The notes: generated from the letters alone by a model not told the origin. DNA of 37,887 bases from a virus (IMGVR_UViG_3300048598_000596:1-37887); one strand, 5' to 3'; counted from the stretch's first letter, positions 8,944-18,374 are shown. A program made the numbers and translations.

Positions 8944-9229
8944 AATCTGCTTTTATATTGAGTTCATCGCCCGATATGGTTAATTCGCTCACCTTCATGC
9001 CGTCGCGCGCCAACTCTTCGCGTATGGTTCGTTTCCAGCCCAGCACATCATCATCGTTAGCCATGTCGTCGATTCCGGCGCCCATCATCGGATTTTCTTT
9101 CAATTCTCCTTTATGGGCTTTTAAGATGATGTATTGATTTTGATACAAGGTATTTCCGACAGACAAATGCCCGTTAACGATAGCTAACTCACCATCCGAA
9201 TTTAACTGTATGCCTATCTTTTTACTCAT
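8933..9229 (-). CDS. Baseplate gp25/gpW-like protein
   Basis: KGELKENPMMGAG motif, 98 aa, baseplate position. Confidence 0.65.
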   Translation of the reverse strand: MSKKIGIQLNSDGELAIVNGHLSVGNTLYQNQYIILKAHKGELKENPMMGAGIDDMANDDDVLGWKRTIREELARDGMKVSELTISGDELNIKADYDS

Positions 9230-9231
9230 TA

Positions 9232-9750
9232 TTAATGTTTTACCGTCGTATCTTCCATATCCTCAATACTGATGCTTTTGCCCGTCATAGCCGTATTGTA
9301 GCTTGTTGCTCCGGCCGATCCGGCTGCAGCTGTGCCCGCGCCAATGGCAGAAAAAGCGGCGGGCAAGGCTGCATGGATTGATTCAACATATTGTTTAAGC
9401 GAATCAATGTTATTTTTAAGCTCCTCGATCTTAACCAATCCGCCCAGGCTGCCACCGTTTATGGCTATTGATTCAATTTCGGAATATTGTATAACTGCCA
9501 AATCGCGCTTTTCGCCCGTACCCAAATCGGCTACTAAAACGATGCTTCCAACAACCGGTGTTATCAATATATTTTTTGTGCTGTCGCCTTCAACGGCAAC
9601 AAGTCTTACATCCGTTAATTGCAGCGTGCCGTGCTTTACCTCGCACAGTTTGCCGTTCACACTTACCACTTCGGCGGTAAAAATTAGCGCTTGCCGCACG
9701 CCGGCAATGGTTTGTATTGCTTCACGTATTTGTCGGCTCTTGCTACTCAT
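9232..9750 (-). CDS. Baseplate spike-like protein (OB-fold N-terminus)
   Basis: AEVVSV..CEV, PVVGSIVLV OB-fold motif, NGG..GGLVKI. Confidence 0.6.
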   Translation of the reverse strand: MSSKSRQIREAIQTIAGVRQALIFTAEVVSVNGKLCEVKHGTLQLTDVRLVAVEGDSTKNILITPVVGSIVLVADLGTGEKRDLAVIQYSEIESIAINGGSLGGLVKIEELKNNIDSLKQYVESIHAALPAAFSAIGAGTAAAGSAGATSYNTAMTGKSISIEDMEDTTVKH

Positions 9751-10708
9751 CATTTAGTTTTTTACCCGGTTTCACAATACGCTTACCTCCATCTTTCGAA
9801 AATTCTGTTTTCACCTCGAGCACATAATAAGCACCGTCTTTGTATTCGTAATCCTTATCCTTAATGGTTATTCGGTATCCGGCATCGCAATAAGGTATTA
9901 ACCAACCCGTGAAACTTCCTTCATAACCTGTATATACTTTTTGTTTAAGCACCTCGTTGGCTTTATTTTGCAACGATGTTTTATTACTTACTCCCGGTAT
10001 TTTAATGCTCATACGGTCTCCGCCTGTTATGCCGGCCTCAACCTTAATCACTTTTCCATCAGCGCCTTTGCCCTCAACCTCTATCAGCCATTTTCGTTCG
10101 CTGGCTTTCAGGTATTTTAAATCTGTTCCCTCACGATCAATGTTTTTGGCAAAATCATAATTGGCCGTTCCGAATATCTCGGTGTACTGCGGATGAACAT
10201 GCAATACATTGTCTTTTAAGTAAATATTCGGGTTGGCTTCCTCCTGTATTTTTTTAAGCACATCGTAACCCGTTGCGCCGCTTATGGTAAACTTATCATA
10301 AGTAAAATCGTAATCGCACGACACTTTAAAATCTAGCCCTAAGGCTTTATGTATATAGCTGATGAGTTCTTTAACTGTTTTATTTTTAAGCTCTATATTG
10401 TCGAGCGGTTTACGATACAAAAACAAAGCATCCTCGCAGTTCAATTTTATCGAACCGCCGTCGGTCGATACACTCTCCAGGTAACCTTCAAATTCAGAGA
10501 CCAGATTGTCGTCATAACCTAATTGAATAGTGACAGCATCGCCGCGTTGTATTTTATCTTCAACCTCGAGTGTTTTATTATATGCCGTTCCCGGTAAGGT
10601 AATTACAGCCGTATCGGCTAGCATCTCTACCGAGCGCGTGATCACGCAGCTTTCGAGCATGAGCAGCCGAAACTTGCCTATTGTAATATGCCATACCATT
10701 TTGTACAT
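9743..10708 (-). CDS. Baseplate hub protein (gpD/Mu gp44-like)
   Basis: LADTAVITLP, LGYD...FEGY, GYEGSFTGWLIP motifs. Confidence 0.75.
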   Translation of the reverse strand: MYKMVWHITIGKFRLLMLESCVITRSVEMLADTAVITLPGTAYNKTLEVEDKIQRGDAVTIQLGYDDNLVSEFEGYLESVSTDGGSIKLNCEDALFLYRKPLDNIELKNKTVKELISYIHKALGLDFKVSCDYDFTYDKFTISGATGYDVLKKIQEEANPNIYLKDNVLHVHPQYTEIFGTANYDFAKNIDREGTDLKYLKASERKWLIEVEGKGADGKVIKVEAGITGGDRMSIKIPGVSNKTSLQNKANEVLKQKVYTGYEGSFTGWLIPYCDAGYRITIKDKDYEYKDGAYYVLEVKTEFSKDGGKRIVKPGKKLNDE

Positions 10709-11322
10709 TACTTATTCTCTTCTATTAACTGAAACAAATCGTCGCTCCACGCCTTAATTACAAAACTTTGATTCTCTTCGCCTTTGGTATGCGGAAAGTC
10801 AAAATCGTAAATAGCCAGACGTGTTATATCCATATAATTGTTAAGCAAATCGTTGGTTACGCCAACACCAGTCTTGCCCTGCTCGCATATTTCGCGAAGT
10901 TTTTTAATCAAAACTTTCAATTCATCAGCCGTATCGGCTATCAATATTCCCGAAATAGTAATACTCCAATCGTCCTGACTCCAATATTCTTTTACCGACC
11001 CGCGCTTTTCGCTTTTAGCCACGTAGCGTCGTGTGATCAGGTTTTTGCCCGATAAACTTATAACCGGATCAACCGGCAGCGTAAACTCCTCATTGCTAGT
11101 GTCGAGCTTTAAGCGCAGCGGCATGCACCAGTTCACTTCGGCAATGGCTTTGAGTCCGGCATTTAAGCGCGATTGCAATTCGGCATCAGCTTCTATGCGC
11201 TCGCCAGACTTTACCGTTACCGTTTCTCGAAAAGGCAATATTGGCGGAATAGCAAACCCGGCTGCAACCTGCATCCTTAATGCCAGCGATGTTTCGTCGT
11301 ATAATGTTTGTACCGGATCCAC
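10708..11322 (-). CDS. DUF6046-like tail protein (tube initiator-like)
   Basis: GSVKEYWSQDDWSITISG and QSFVIKAWSD motifs; downstream of tape measure; GTG start. Confidence 0.65.
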   Translation of the reverse strand: MDPVQTLYDETSLALRMQVAAGFAIPPILPFRETVTVKSGERIEADAELQSRLNAGLKAIAEVNWCMPLRLKLDTSNEEFTLPVDPVISLSGKNLITRRYVAKSEKRGSVKEYWSQDDWSITISGILIADTADELKVLIKKLREICEQGKTGVGVTNDLLNNYMDITRLAIYDFDFPHTKGEENQSFVIKAWSDDLFQLIEENK

Positions 11323-11329
11323 TTTCTTA

Positions 11330-11414
11330 GTTGTTTGTTGTTTGTTGTTTGTTGCTCGTTGTCAATGTCTGTTGTCTTAATTAGCACATTAGCACATTGT
11401 ATAATTAGCACATT
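11330..11414. repeat. Short tandem 7-mer (TGTTTGT) and 8-mer (ATTAGCAC) intergenic repeats
   Basis: Directly visible between tape measure and next gene. Confidence 0.7.
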
Positions 11415-11415
11415 A

Positions 11416-13176
11416 TCACCCTGCACTTTGCGCGGCAAACAACACCCTCAGTAATATTTCTTCAACCTGTGCCTCCATATCGCGGGCATTTTCTTTTACA
11501 CCGCCCTGAAACACTATATTTTCAACCATCTTACCCAAGTGAATGGATATTTGCGTGCTGCGGCTGCCGCCTGAAGCTACTGCACTGGTTGTTGACTTGT
11601 TTTTTCCTGTACTTGTTGCATCCGCCGAAGCGGCATCGCCTGTTTCATTTGACACTGTAGAGGTAGCCGATTGTGGTGTTGCCAGATTAAGGTTTTTTCT
11701 CAGCGTAGCCAGATAAGCCTCACCTCGTCCGGCCAGTTTCCCCATTCCTGGTATGTTCGACAAAAGCCCTAATAGTTGTTGAATCGGATAAAGCACCGCA
11801 TCAATTAAAACAACACCAATTCTTTTAAGTCCGCCTAATATTCCATCTGATGTAAAGGCTTGAACGATAGAATCCCAGTTGTTTTTTAATGCCATTATCA
11901 TATTAACTATTAAGCCCAGAGGTCCCATCAAAAACAGCAGTGTTGCACCCCATTTGTCGTAAGCTTTCACCGCCGCCCAAACCAAACCAACCAAAATGGC
12001 AATAGCTGCTATAATTAAACCAATTGGATTTGCATCCATCGCTATATTTAACAGCCATTGAGCTCCCGTCCATATTTTTGTAGCAAGCGTGGCTACACCG
12101 GAAGCAATCGCAGCCGCATTGGATGCAATTGCTATTGCTGCTATCGAAGCTATAAGACCGATGATAATAGGATTACCTTCTTTAATTTCTTTAGCCAACC
12201 AGTTAATTGCTGTAGCCACAACACCAACTAAAAAGCCAAACAGATTTAGGGCAGGGATAAGAACAGGTGAGATAAGGTCAAACAAGCCTAAGCCAATCCG
12301 TTTCAAGTTATCAAAAGATGTACTTAACCGGCCTCCGACCGTATTTGCTATTTTATCGGTCATCCCGTAAAATTGGCCTCCGGGTCCTGTGGCATGCTGA
12401 AATGCAGCGGTGACCATATCGGCCGATATTTTACCTTGCTCCATTTCCTTTCTAAGCTCAGCCATCGACTTTCCTGTCATTTTCGTCAACTCATTAAGTG
12501 GGTTAAACCCTACATTTACAAGTTGTAACAAATCCTGTCCTTGCATTTTCCCCGCACTCGAAATTTGAGAAAAGGCAAGTACCATGCTGTTCATTTTGTT
12601 AGCATCACCCATAGCAATGTCGCCAAGCATTTTCATACTTGGAAGTACTTTTTCTTGTGCAATACCAAAAGCAAGCATAGTTTTTGCGTTGTCTAGCAAC
12701 GCGGGCGATTCGTAAGGTGAGGTATCGCCGTATTGTTTGATTGCCTCAACCATTTTAGTTGCCCGCTCGTGTGAACCAAGCAGTACATCAAAGGCAACAC
12801 TTGTTTTTTCTGCCTCTATGCCTAATTTAGAAACAACACCTATACCCGCAGCGGCGATGGCAATTGGATTCAATAAAAGGTCACCACCCGGAATTTGGCC
12901 TATTAGTCCTTTTAAACCTCCTCCGCGCCCAACGTTTTGAAGCTTCGTAACTTTTTGTTCTGTAAGCTCTAGCTCTCTGTTTAAGCGCCTTAGCTCTGAT
13001 ATTGAGGTAGCCGAATCGCGTGCAATGCGCAAGTTTTGCCCGTGAGCCTCCAAATGACCGATTGTTGTCGAGAGTTTATCGGCATTGGTTCTGACCTGAG
13101 TAAATTCACGTCCAATTTTTTCGAGCGTGGATGCAGTCCTGTCTTTCAATGATATAACAAGTTCCAATGCGGTCAT
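11416..13176 (-). CDS. Tail tape measure protein
   Basis: FDVLLGS, LGDIAMGD, GKMQGQDLLQL, hydrophobic NPIGLII repeats. Confidence 0.92.
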   Translation of the reverse strand: MTALELVISLKDRTASTLEKIGREFTQVRTNADKLSTTIGHLEAHGQNLRIARDSATSISELRRLNRELELTEQKVTKLQNVGRGGGLKGLIGQIPGGDLLLNPIAIAAAGIGVVSKLGIEAEKTSVAFDVLLGSHERATKMVEAIKQYGDTSPYESPALLDNAKTMLAFGIAQEKVLPSMKMLGDIAMGDANKMNSMVLAFSQISSAGKMQGQDLLQLVNVGFNPLNELTKMTGKSMAELRKEMEQGKISADMVTAAFQHATGPGGQFYGMTDKIANTVGGRLSTSFDNLKRIGLGLFDLISPVLIPALNLFGFLVGVVATAINWLAKEIKEGNPIIIGLIASIAAIAIASNAAAIASGVATLATKIWTGAQWLLNIAMDANPIGLIIAAIAILVGLVWAAVKAYDKWGATLLFLMGPLGLIVNMIMALKNNWDSIVQAFTSDGILGGLKRIGVVLIDAVLYPIQQLLGLLSNIPGMGKLAGRGEAYLATLRKNLNLATPQSATSTVSNETGDAASADATSTGKNKSTTSAVASGGSRSTQISIHLGKMVENIVFQGGVKENARDMEAQVEEILLRVLFAAQSAG

Positions 13177-13183
13177 TTACACT

Positions 13184-13405
13184 CTATTTTTTTACTTCTT
13201 TCGATTCAAGATATCTGTATAACCAGATGTCCATTACTGTTTCGCACCATACAATATCATCAAGTTGCTCGGGATATATCTGTTTTGCATAATAACGAAT
13301 AATAGAGTTACCACCCATTATCGTTATGTCTTTGATATATTTTTCAGCTTCAGCCTTATCGGCTCCATCTACAAAATGTGCGATATATCCCTTTAAGCGT
13401 TTTTT
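13184..13405 (-). CDS. -1 frameshift extension of tail assembly chaperone (gpGT-like)
   Basis: A-AAA-AAC slippery site at 13405-13399; -1 frame open to TAG at 13184 (..RLKGYIAHF...IIRYYAKQIYPEQLDDIVW...), ending just before the tape measure ATG. Confidence 0.8.
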   Translation of the reverse strand, partial: KKRLKGYIAHFVDGADKAEAEKYIKDITIMGGNSIIRYYAKQIYPEQLDDIVWCETVMDIWLYRYLESKEVKK

Positions 13406-13935
13406 ACACTTAGGGTATGTTTTTCTCGTAATTTTTTAAGCACCTGCAAAACAGGCATGTGGTAGTCGAGTTGCTTTTCGTCGAGAATTTCCTCGTCGCC
13501 ATCAATCCACATTCTTTTTAACAGACTCTGTGCATCGGCAAAGGCAAGTTTTTCAGGATTATTTCGTTCCGCTTCCGTTTGCATTTCAATAGTGATTGGG
13601 CGCAACTTGCAGCTTTTTTCTAATACCGTTACTTTGAAGGCATTACCTTCCTTTTCGATTGTTGCCTCGGAATAACTTACAAACTCATCAATAACATCGG
13701 CAACATCCTCCAAATAAGGAGATTGGATTAACTCACGGTCGCCGCCTACAAAACAGTTTGTAGCCATTGCAACCTTAAACTGTGTAGCACTTTTTTCAAG
13801 TGCCTTGGAGGCAAACCTCCAAATTTTCATATCCGGCTTGCGGAAATAAGCCGTTAAATTGCCTGTCGATATTACTTTCAACTCCCCGAATTTTGCCTTC
13901 AGCTCATCGAGGTTTATTTCTTTTTTCTCTGCCAT
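13393..13935 (-). CDS. Tail assembly chaperone (gpG-like)
   Basis: Between tube and tape measure; AYFRKPD, CFVGGD / WIDGDEEI duplicated motifs; ends VKNA at slippery site. Confidence 0.8.
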   Translation of the reverse strand: MAEKKEINLDELKAKFGELKVISTGNLTAYFRKPDMKIWRFASKALEKSATQFKVAMATNCFVGGDRELIQSPYLEDVADVIDEFVSYSEATIEKEGNAFKVTVLEKSCKLRPITIEMQTEAERNNPEKLAFADAQSLLKRMWIDGDEEILDEKQLDYHMPVLQVLKKLREKHTLSVKNA

Positions 13936-13989
13936 TTCAATACTGATTAATCAATGATTAAATACTAATAAAACGCCTTGTCTCTGTTT

Positions 13990-14019
13990 CCCTCCCCTTA
14001 GGGGAGGGTTAGGGAGGGG
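13990..14019. repeat. REP-like purine/pyrimidine palindromic element
   Basis: CCCTCCCC-TTA-GGGGAGGG-TTA-GGGAGGGG. Confidence 0.6.
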
Positions 14020-14436
14020 TTATGCCACCTGAGGCTTTTTGCGCAAGAAGATAAAAGGCAATTTCACCTCCATAAATTTGTCTCCTTGCTTCATTTCTTT
14101 GCTTTCTTCGGTAAACTGAATACCCTGCAACACATCGGTAATTAACACATCGCCGTTACCGGGGTTACCGTATGCCACTACTGCATCAAGCTGCAAACTC
14201 AATATTGAGCCGTCTTTGGCATTAGCGATAAGGGTTTCAAGTTCCGACTGCAAACAAGTAAGCTCACCTTCGTAACTTCTGTTTCCTTTCTGAATTTTCA
14301 ACGGGTCTTTGCCTTTGCCGTACACGGCTTCTTTTTCCTGCTTGGTGGTATATTTAATGCCACGAAAGCCTACTATATCTTTGCCTCCTAAAACAAATGT
14401 CAAGTCGGCAAATTCATATTCTCTACTGTCAAACAT
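14020..14436 (-). CDS. Tail tube protein
   Basis: REYEFAD, YGKG..P..IQKGNRSYEGEL, KQGDKFMEV motifs; directly after sheath. Confidence 0.85.
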   Translation of the reverse strand: MFDSREYEFADLTFVLGGKDIVGFRGIKYTTKQEKEAVYGKGKDPLKIQKGNRSYEGELTCLQSELETLIANAKDGSILSLQLDAVVAYGNPGNGDVLITDVLQGIQFTEESKEMKQGDKFMEVKLPFIFLRKKPQVA

Positions 14437-14438
14437 GA

Positions 14439-15644
14439 TTAATCGGTTAATGAGGTTTTAAATCCAAGATACACATTGATATACTTCTTGTAACCGTATG
14501 GTTTTACCGAAAGATTTGCCCCAAATTCAGAGCCGCTTACAATGTTTTGTTTCGGGTTAATGTAGCATTTAACACCGGTGTCTGTCGGGTCATCGGGGTC
14601 TGTTCCAAGATTTTTGTTTACGGTCATACTGTTTTCAATAGCCGTTTCTACCTGATTTTGAATACTTTTACAGCTCGAATGCGGCATGTAACCTTCGGAG
14701 GTTACCGGAACTTCGTCCTGCAGCTCTTCAACTAGTGTTTTGTAAGCAATTCTGTAAGCTTTATCAATTACCCGGCGACGCGGAATAACAGCATAATCGT
14801 CGCTATCGGCTGTGGCAAGTCTATCCTCAGCTACAAAATAGCCCGACTTACCGGTTATCGTTCGAAACGTGATAAAACCTTTGCCATCAATTACATCCGG
14901 GTTACCGTTTTCGGCAGCTACACTACCGATGTAGAACAAATCGGTGTTCAACGCCCCGGTTTTTACCCTCGAGGCTTTTCGTTGTACAGGCACAGCGGCC
15001 AAACGTCCGGCTATGGTTCCCACACTGGCAGCCACAGAGCCGCTTACGGTATCGCCAATTACTACGCCTACACGGTTATCCGTGCGCGTGGTTAAATCGG
15101 GTAAATCGGTAGCTGTGCCGGAATAATGCCGTCCTTCCAAAAGCGCAAAACAAGGCGCATATTTATCGGTTGTTGCCCACTCGCAGGCTTCCTGAGCCTT
15201 AGTTATAGCAGCAACACAATCAGCGTCCAAGCCGGTGGCAATTGTTGCGGTGTAGGCCGACGGATCGGCTTTGGCTACCATCACAAAGTTAATCGCCCCA
15301 TTAGCAGCGGTAATCAATGCCGGAAAATAGGGCTTTGTTTTGTCGAGCATATCGGCCATTGTAACGGTTTTGGCCACGCCGTAAATCCACAGATAAGTAC
15401 CATTTGGGGCTTCGTTATAAAAATCGTAAACGGCTTTATACAACGAAATGTTAACATCGTCGGCCGAATCGGTAACACCCAAATTTGCCAAATCGGCGAG
15501 GCTGCTTATCTGGTAAGCTTTGCTAAGCTCGAATTTGCCCGTTACGGCAACAGCCGATGCCAGCAAACCTACCACGGCATCGTCCGACGGCGAAACGCCG
15601 CCTAGGTTGCCGTTTTCAAAATATATCTTAACTCTTGAGAGCAT
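14439..15644 (-). CDS. Contractile tail sheath protein (DUF2586-like)
   Basis: DFYNEA, GRLAAVPVQR, GFITFR..GKSGYF, RRVIDKAYR, PYGY.KYI motifs. Confidence 0.88.
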   Translation of the reverse strand: MLSRVKIYFENGNLGGVSPSDDAVVGLLASAVAVTGKFELSKAYQISSLADLANLGVTDSADDVNISLYKAVYDFYNEAPNGTYLWIYGVAKTVTMADMLDKTKPYFPALITAANGAINFVMVAKADPSAYTATIATGLDADCVAAITKAQEACEWATTDKYAPCFALLEGRHYSGTATDLPDLTTRTDNRVGVVIGDTVSGSVAASVGTIAGRLAAVPVQRKASRVKTGALNTDLFYIGSVAAENGNPDVIDGKGFITFRTITGKSGYFVAEDRLATADSDDYAVIPRRRVIDKAYRIAYKTLVEELQDEVPVTSEGYMPHSSCKSIQNQVETAIENSMTVNKNLGTDPDDPTDTGVKCYINPKQNIVSGSEFGANLSVKPYGYKKYINVYLGFKTSLTD

Positions 15645-15647
15645 AGT

Positions 15648-16196
15648 TTATTTGATTTTAAATAAGTATGTAAATTGTGCGCCCCGATTAACCAAACTGA
15701 TATTCAATTGCATAGCATCCTTTTTTCGCACCCATGCTAAGCTTGCACCTATGCCAAGCTTTCCTCCAAAATACGACACCGAAGGTCCTGCAAGCCATTG
15801 TGGCGAAGGGGAGACAGTAGTTGTATTATATGTAACGGCCTGCGCGCGTAGGTTTTGAATCTGAACATCGCGACTGTTAATCCTATTTTCAGTAATATTC
15901 TCATCGAGAATCAAAATCACAGAGGTGTCGCGAATTGTATCGCGATAGCTCACACGTTCAAAGTGTTTAGCGATAATAGAGGCTGTATCAACTATCATTT
16001 TCCCGGTATCAGGAAAATGGTCAACAGAAACGGGTGTCGGAGTCTTAACATAGACAAAGTACGGCTGCGAATCACCTTTAATAAAAACAGTATCGCTTAC
16101 GTTTACCGTTGCGGGCTCTGATTTTCGTGTTTGGTCAAAATATACATATCCTATAAAAACCAACAACACAAGCGTTAAAGGAAGCCATGTTTTCAT
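15648..16196 (-). CDS. Putative spanin-like lysis protein
   Basis: N-terminal TM, DTV/DTI repeats, C-terminal amphipathic beta strands; follows endolysin. Confidence 0.5.
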   Translation of the reverse strand: MKTWLPLTLVLLVFIGYVYFDQTRKSEPATVNVSDTVFIKGDSQPYFVYVKTPTPVSVDHFPDTGKMIVDTASIIAKHFERVSYRDTIRDTSVILILDENITENRINSRDVQIQNLRAQAVTYNTTTVSPSPQWLAGPSVSYFGGKLGIGASLAWVRKKDAMQLNISLVNRGAQFTYLFKIK

Positions 16197-16594
16197 TGGA
16201 TTGTGATATAAACCGTTTCACCTGAATTAATTGCACCCTCTATTTGTGACATCAAATGTTTAAATGTGACAACAGAGTTAATAACCTTACCTTTAACCTT
16301 ATTTTCGCCAACAAGAATGCAGCCGTGTGTGTCTTCAGCAGTATTGCCATTATGAATCATAATACCACTAAAATCAGGAACATTGACCAGATAAGGCATT
16401 GTTTTTTTGAACCTTGAGGAATGCGACAATATGATTTTATAACGTCCGGCAGGAATTGCCGTTTCGCCCCAAACTTTTTCCCCTTCTGGTCGTACTTGGT
16501 CTTCAATTGTATCGCAATAGTAAATGCCATCTACATAGAGCTTACCTATAGTATAATCAGGTTTTAAGGCTATTCTTTTTACTTCAATCTCCAT
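16193..16594 (-). CDS. Putative endolysin, DUF5675 family (L,D-transpeptidase-like fold)
   Basis: TIGKLY..G..CDTIED, TAIPAGRY, GIMIHNGNTAEDTHGCILVG. Confidence 0.8.
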   Translation of the reverse strand: MEIEVKRIALKPDYTIGKLYVDGIYYCDTIEDQVRPEGEKVWGETAIPAGRYKIILSHSSRFKKTMPYLVNVPDFSGIMIHNGNTAEDTHGCILVGENKVKGKVINSVVTFKHLMSQIEGAINSGETVYITIQ

Positions 16595-16895
16595 TTGTTG
16601 TATTTTGAGATTTTCTAAAATATTTTAATTCGTTATCCAACTTTCGGTTAAGCTTAGTGAGCTTTTCGACTTCCTCTCTTAACTTAGCTATTTCCTCCCG
16701 CGACTTGGCTATTTCTTCGCGCGCTTTGGCTAATTCAGCCTGAACCTCCGAAAGCGCATCTTTATACAAGTCTACAACCCGCTGCGCCACTTCAACTTCA
16801 GTCAGTTTCGTTTCTGCTTTATTCTTTTTTCGAGTGAAAAAATAAGTCAGTAACCCGGATACAATAGAGGCAATTAAAATAAGCCAGTCTTTCAT
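16584..16895 (-). CDS. Single-TM coiled-coil protein (holin-like)
   Basis: N-terminal TM then RKK and heptad coiled coil; first gene of lysis cassette. Confidence 0.55.
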   Translation of the reverse strand: MKDWLILIASIVSGLLTYFFTRKKNKAETKLTEVEVAQRVVDLYKDALSEVQAELAKAREEIAKSREEIAKLREEVEKLTKLNRKLDNELKYFRKSQNTTNGD

Positions 16896-16915
16896 CGAGA
16901 GAGGTTTGTTTTATC

Positions 16916-16949
16916 AAAACTCCAAGGTTTTCAACACCTTGGAGTTTTT
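16916..16949 (-). terminator. Intrinsic terminator-like hairpin after capsid gene
   Basis: AAAACTCCAAGGT...ACCTTGGAGTTTT inverted repeat. Confidence 0.65.
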
Positions 16950-16958
16950 AGGTTAAAT

Positions 16959-18371
16959 CTAGGAAGCAGCTCTGGTAATCAATACTGTATAGGTCTTCGT
17001 TGCATCACCGTCGGCACTGGTTACGGCTACGGTAATAATGTTTTCACCTACAGCTAAGTTGCGCGAGGCCGAAGCGACTCCGCTAGTTAGCGTTGTAGAA
17101 CCTAACTTAATCACCTGTCCGGTTTGTGCGTGAGTAGCCGTTACGGTTGTAGTTGCTACAGCATTAGCCACGGCCACAGTATAATTAACAGTAGCTGCAT
17201 CAAATGCGGGAACTAAAGCTCCGGCACTTACTGCAAGTCCGGCAAGGTCTGCCGATCCGGCTGCCACAGCAGCGGCGCGACCGTCGTACAGTACAATGTC
17301 TTCGCCAAATACTATGTTGGTGTCAGCCTTCATCAACATTTTGAAGAAATACTTTTCGCCTGCGTTGGTAAGCTTGTCAATCTGAATAGCTTCAGCATCG
17401 TCGGCAAGGGCTACGCCAGCCCAAAAATTAGAGTCAATACCTGTTGAGGTAACGGCTGCAACAATTACATCTTCCGGCCAATCTGCCAAAGAGACAACTT
17501 GAATGCCTTTAAACCTTTCGGGATTCATATTGGTATAATCAACCCCTTTCATTGGTTGATTAGTCAACACATACTCATACGATTCAGCATCACGTACCGA
17601 CATAAAAAACTTCAGGTTCGGATTCTTACGTATCGCCTTAGGGAGCGCTCTGCGAACCAATTTCATTTTTGCAAGAATATTCGATTCTGTCAGGGTTTCT
17701 GGGCTTGCAATACTAACCACATCATTGTCAGCAGCTATACGGGTTAATATACCGTCGAAATACTTTCCTTCGGTGTTGGCTGTATACTTGCCGTTGATAT
17801 AGTGATCTCCCAATTCAAAGTCGACCACTTTGGCCAATTCGGCGAGCAACTGACTTTGAATCTCGGGTGGTAATTCGGCAAACACCAGGTTACCTGTAGT
17901 CTGAAATGGCCGCCATATAGACTCGAAGGCACGCGGATTGAATGTGGTAAACGCCATAAAATCTTTTGGCTCCAGATATTTTTCATCTATCGTAAATGTT
18001 CCGTTCGAATCCTCTTCAGTAGGTTGCTCTTTTCGTGTCTGCAACATCTTACCCGCCTTAAGCCTCGGTATCGAAAATTTCTTGGTAACATTAGGTTGTA
18101 AGTGTATATGCCCGCCCGCAACAATTTCGTTTCCGGTTGTGGCTCGCACAAGCAACTGTTCTAAGACTTCGCCTGCGTAGGCCGAAGTAATAACTACATC
18201 TTGCAATACACCTTGCATTGGTTTAACAAACATGGCTACGGCACTAATACCAAGCATTACCGATACCACAACAGCGGCATCTAAGCCGGAAGCGTAGGCA
18301 AATACGTTGCCTAAAATAACATTGATAAGTATCGCAAAAAGAAGCGATAAAATGAGTTTTGTCTTTTTCAT
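16959..18371 (-). CDS. Major capsid protein with hydrophobic N-terminal leader and C-terminal cadherin-like beta-sandwich
   Basis: Follows protease/scaffold; YAGEVLEQLL, YFDGILTRI, YFFKMLMKAD; C-terminal LVPAFDAATVNYTV...TKTYTVLITRA. Confidence 0.8.
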   Translation of the reverse strand: MKKTKLILSLLFAILINVILGNVFAYASGLDAAVVVSVMLGISAVAMFVKPMQGVLQDVVITSAYAGEVLEQLLVRATTGNEIVAGGHIHLQPNVTKKFSIPRLKAGKMLQTRKEQPTEEDSNGTFTIDEKYLEPKDFMAFTTFNPRAFESIWRPFQTTGNLVFAELPPEIQSQLLAELAKVVDFELGDHYINGKYTANTEGKYFDGILTRIAADNDVVSIASPETLTESNILAKMKLVRRALPKAIRKNPNLKFFMSVRDAESYEYVLTNQPMKGVDYTNMNPERFKGIQVVSLADWPEDVIVAAVTSTGIDSNFWAGVALADDAEAIQIDKLTNAGEKYFFKMLMKADTNIVFGEDIVLYDGRAAAVAAGSADLAGLAVSAGALVPAFDAATVNYTVAVANAVATTTVTATHAQTGQVIKLGSTTLTSGVASASRNLAVGENIITVAVTSADGDATKTYTVLITRAAS

Positions 18372-18374
18372 TGA

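Noticed and set aside
11330-11414. CRISPR array
   Set aside because: Repeats are 7-8 nt tandem units without spacers; no cas genes
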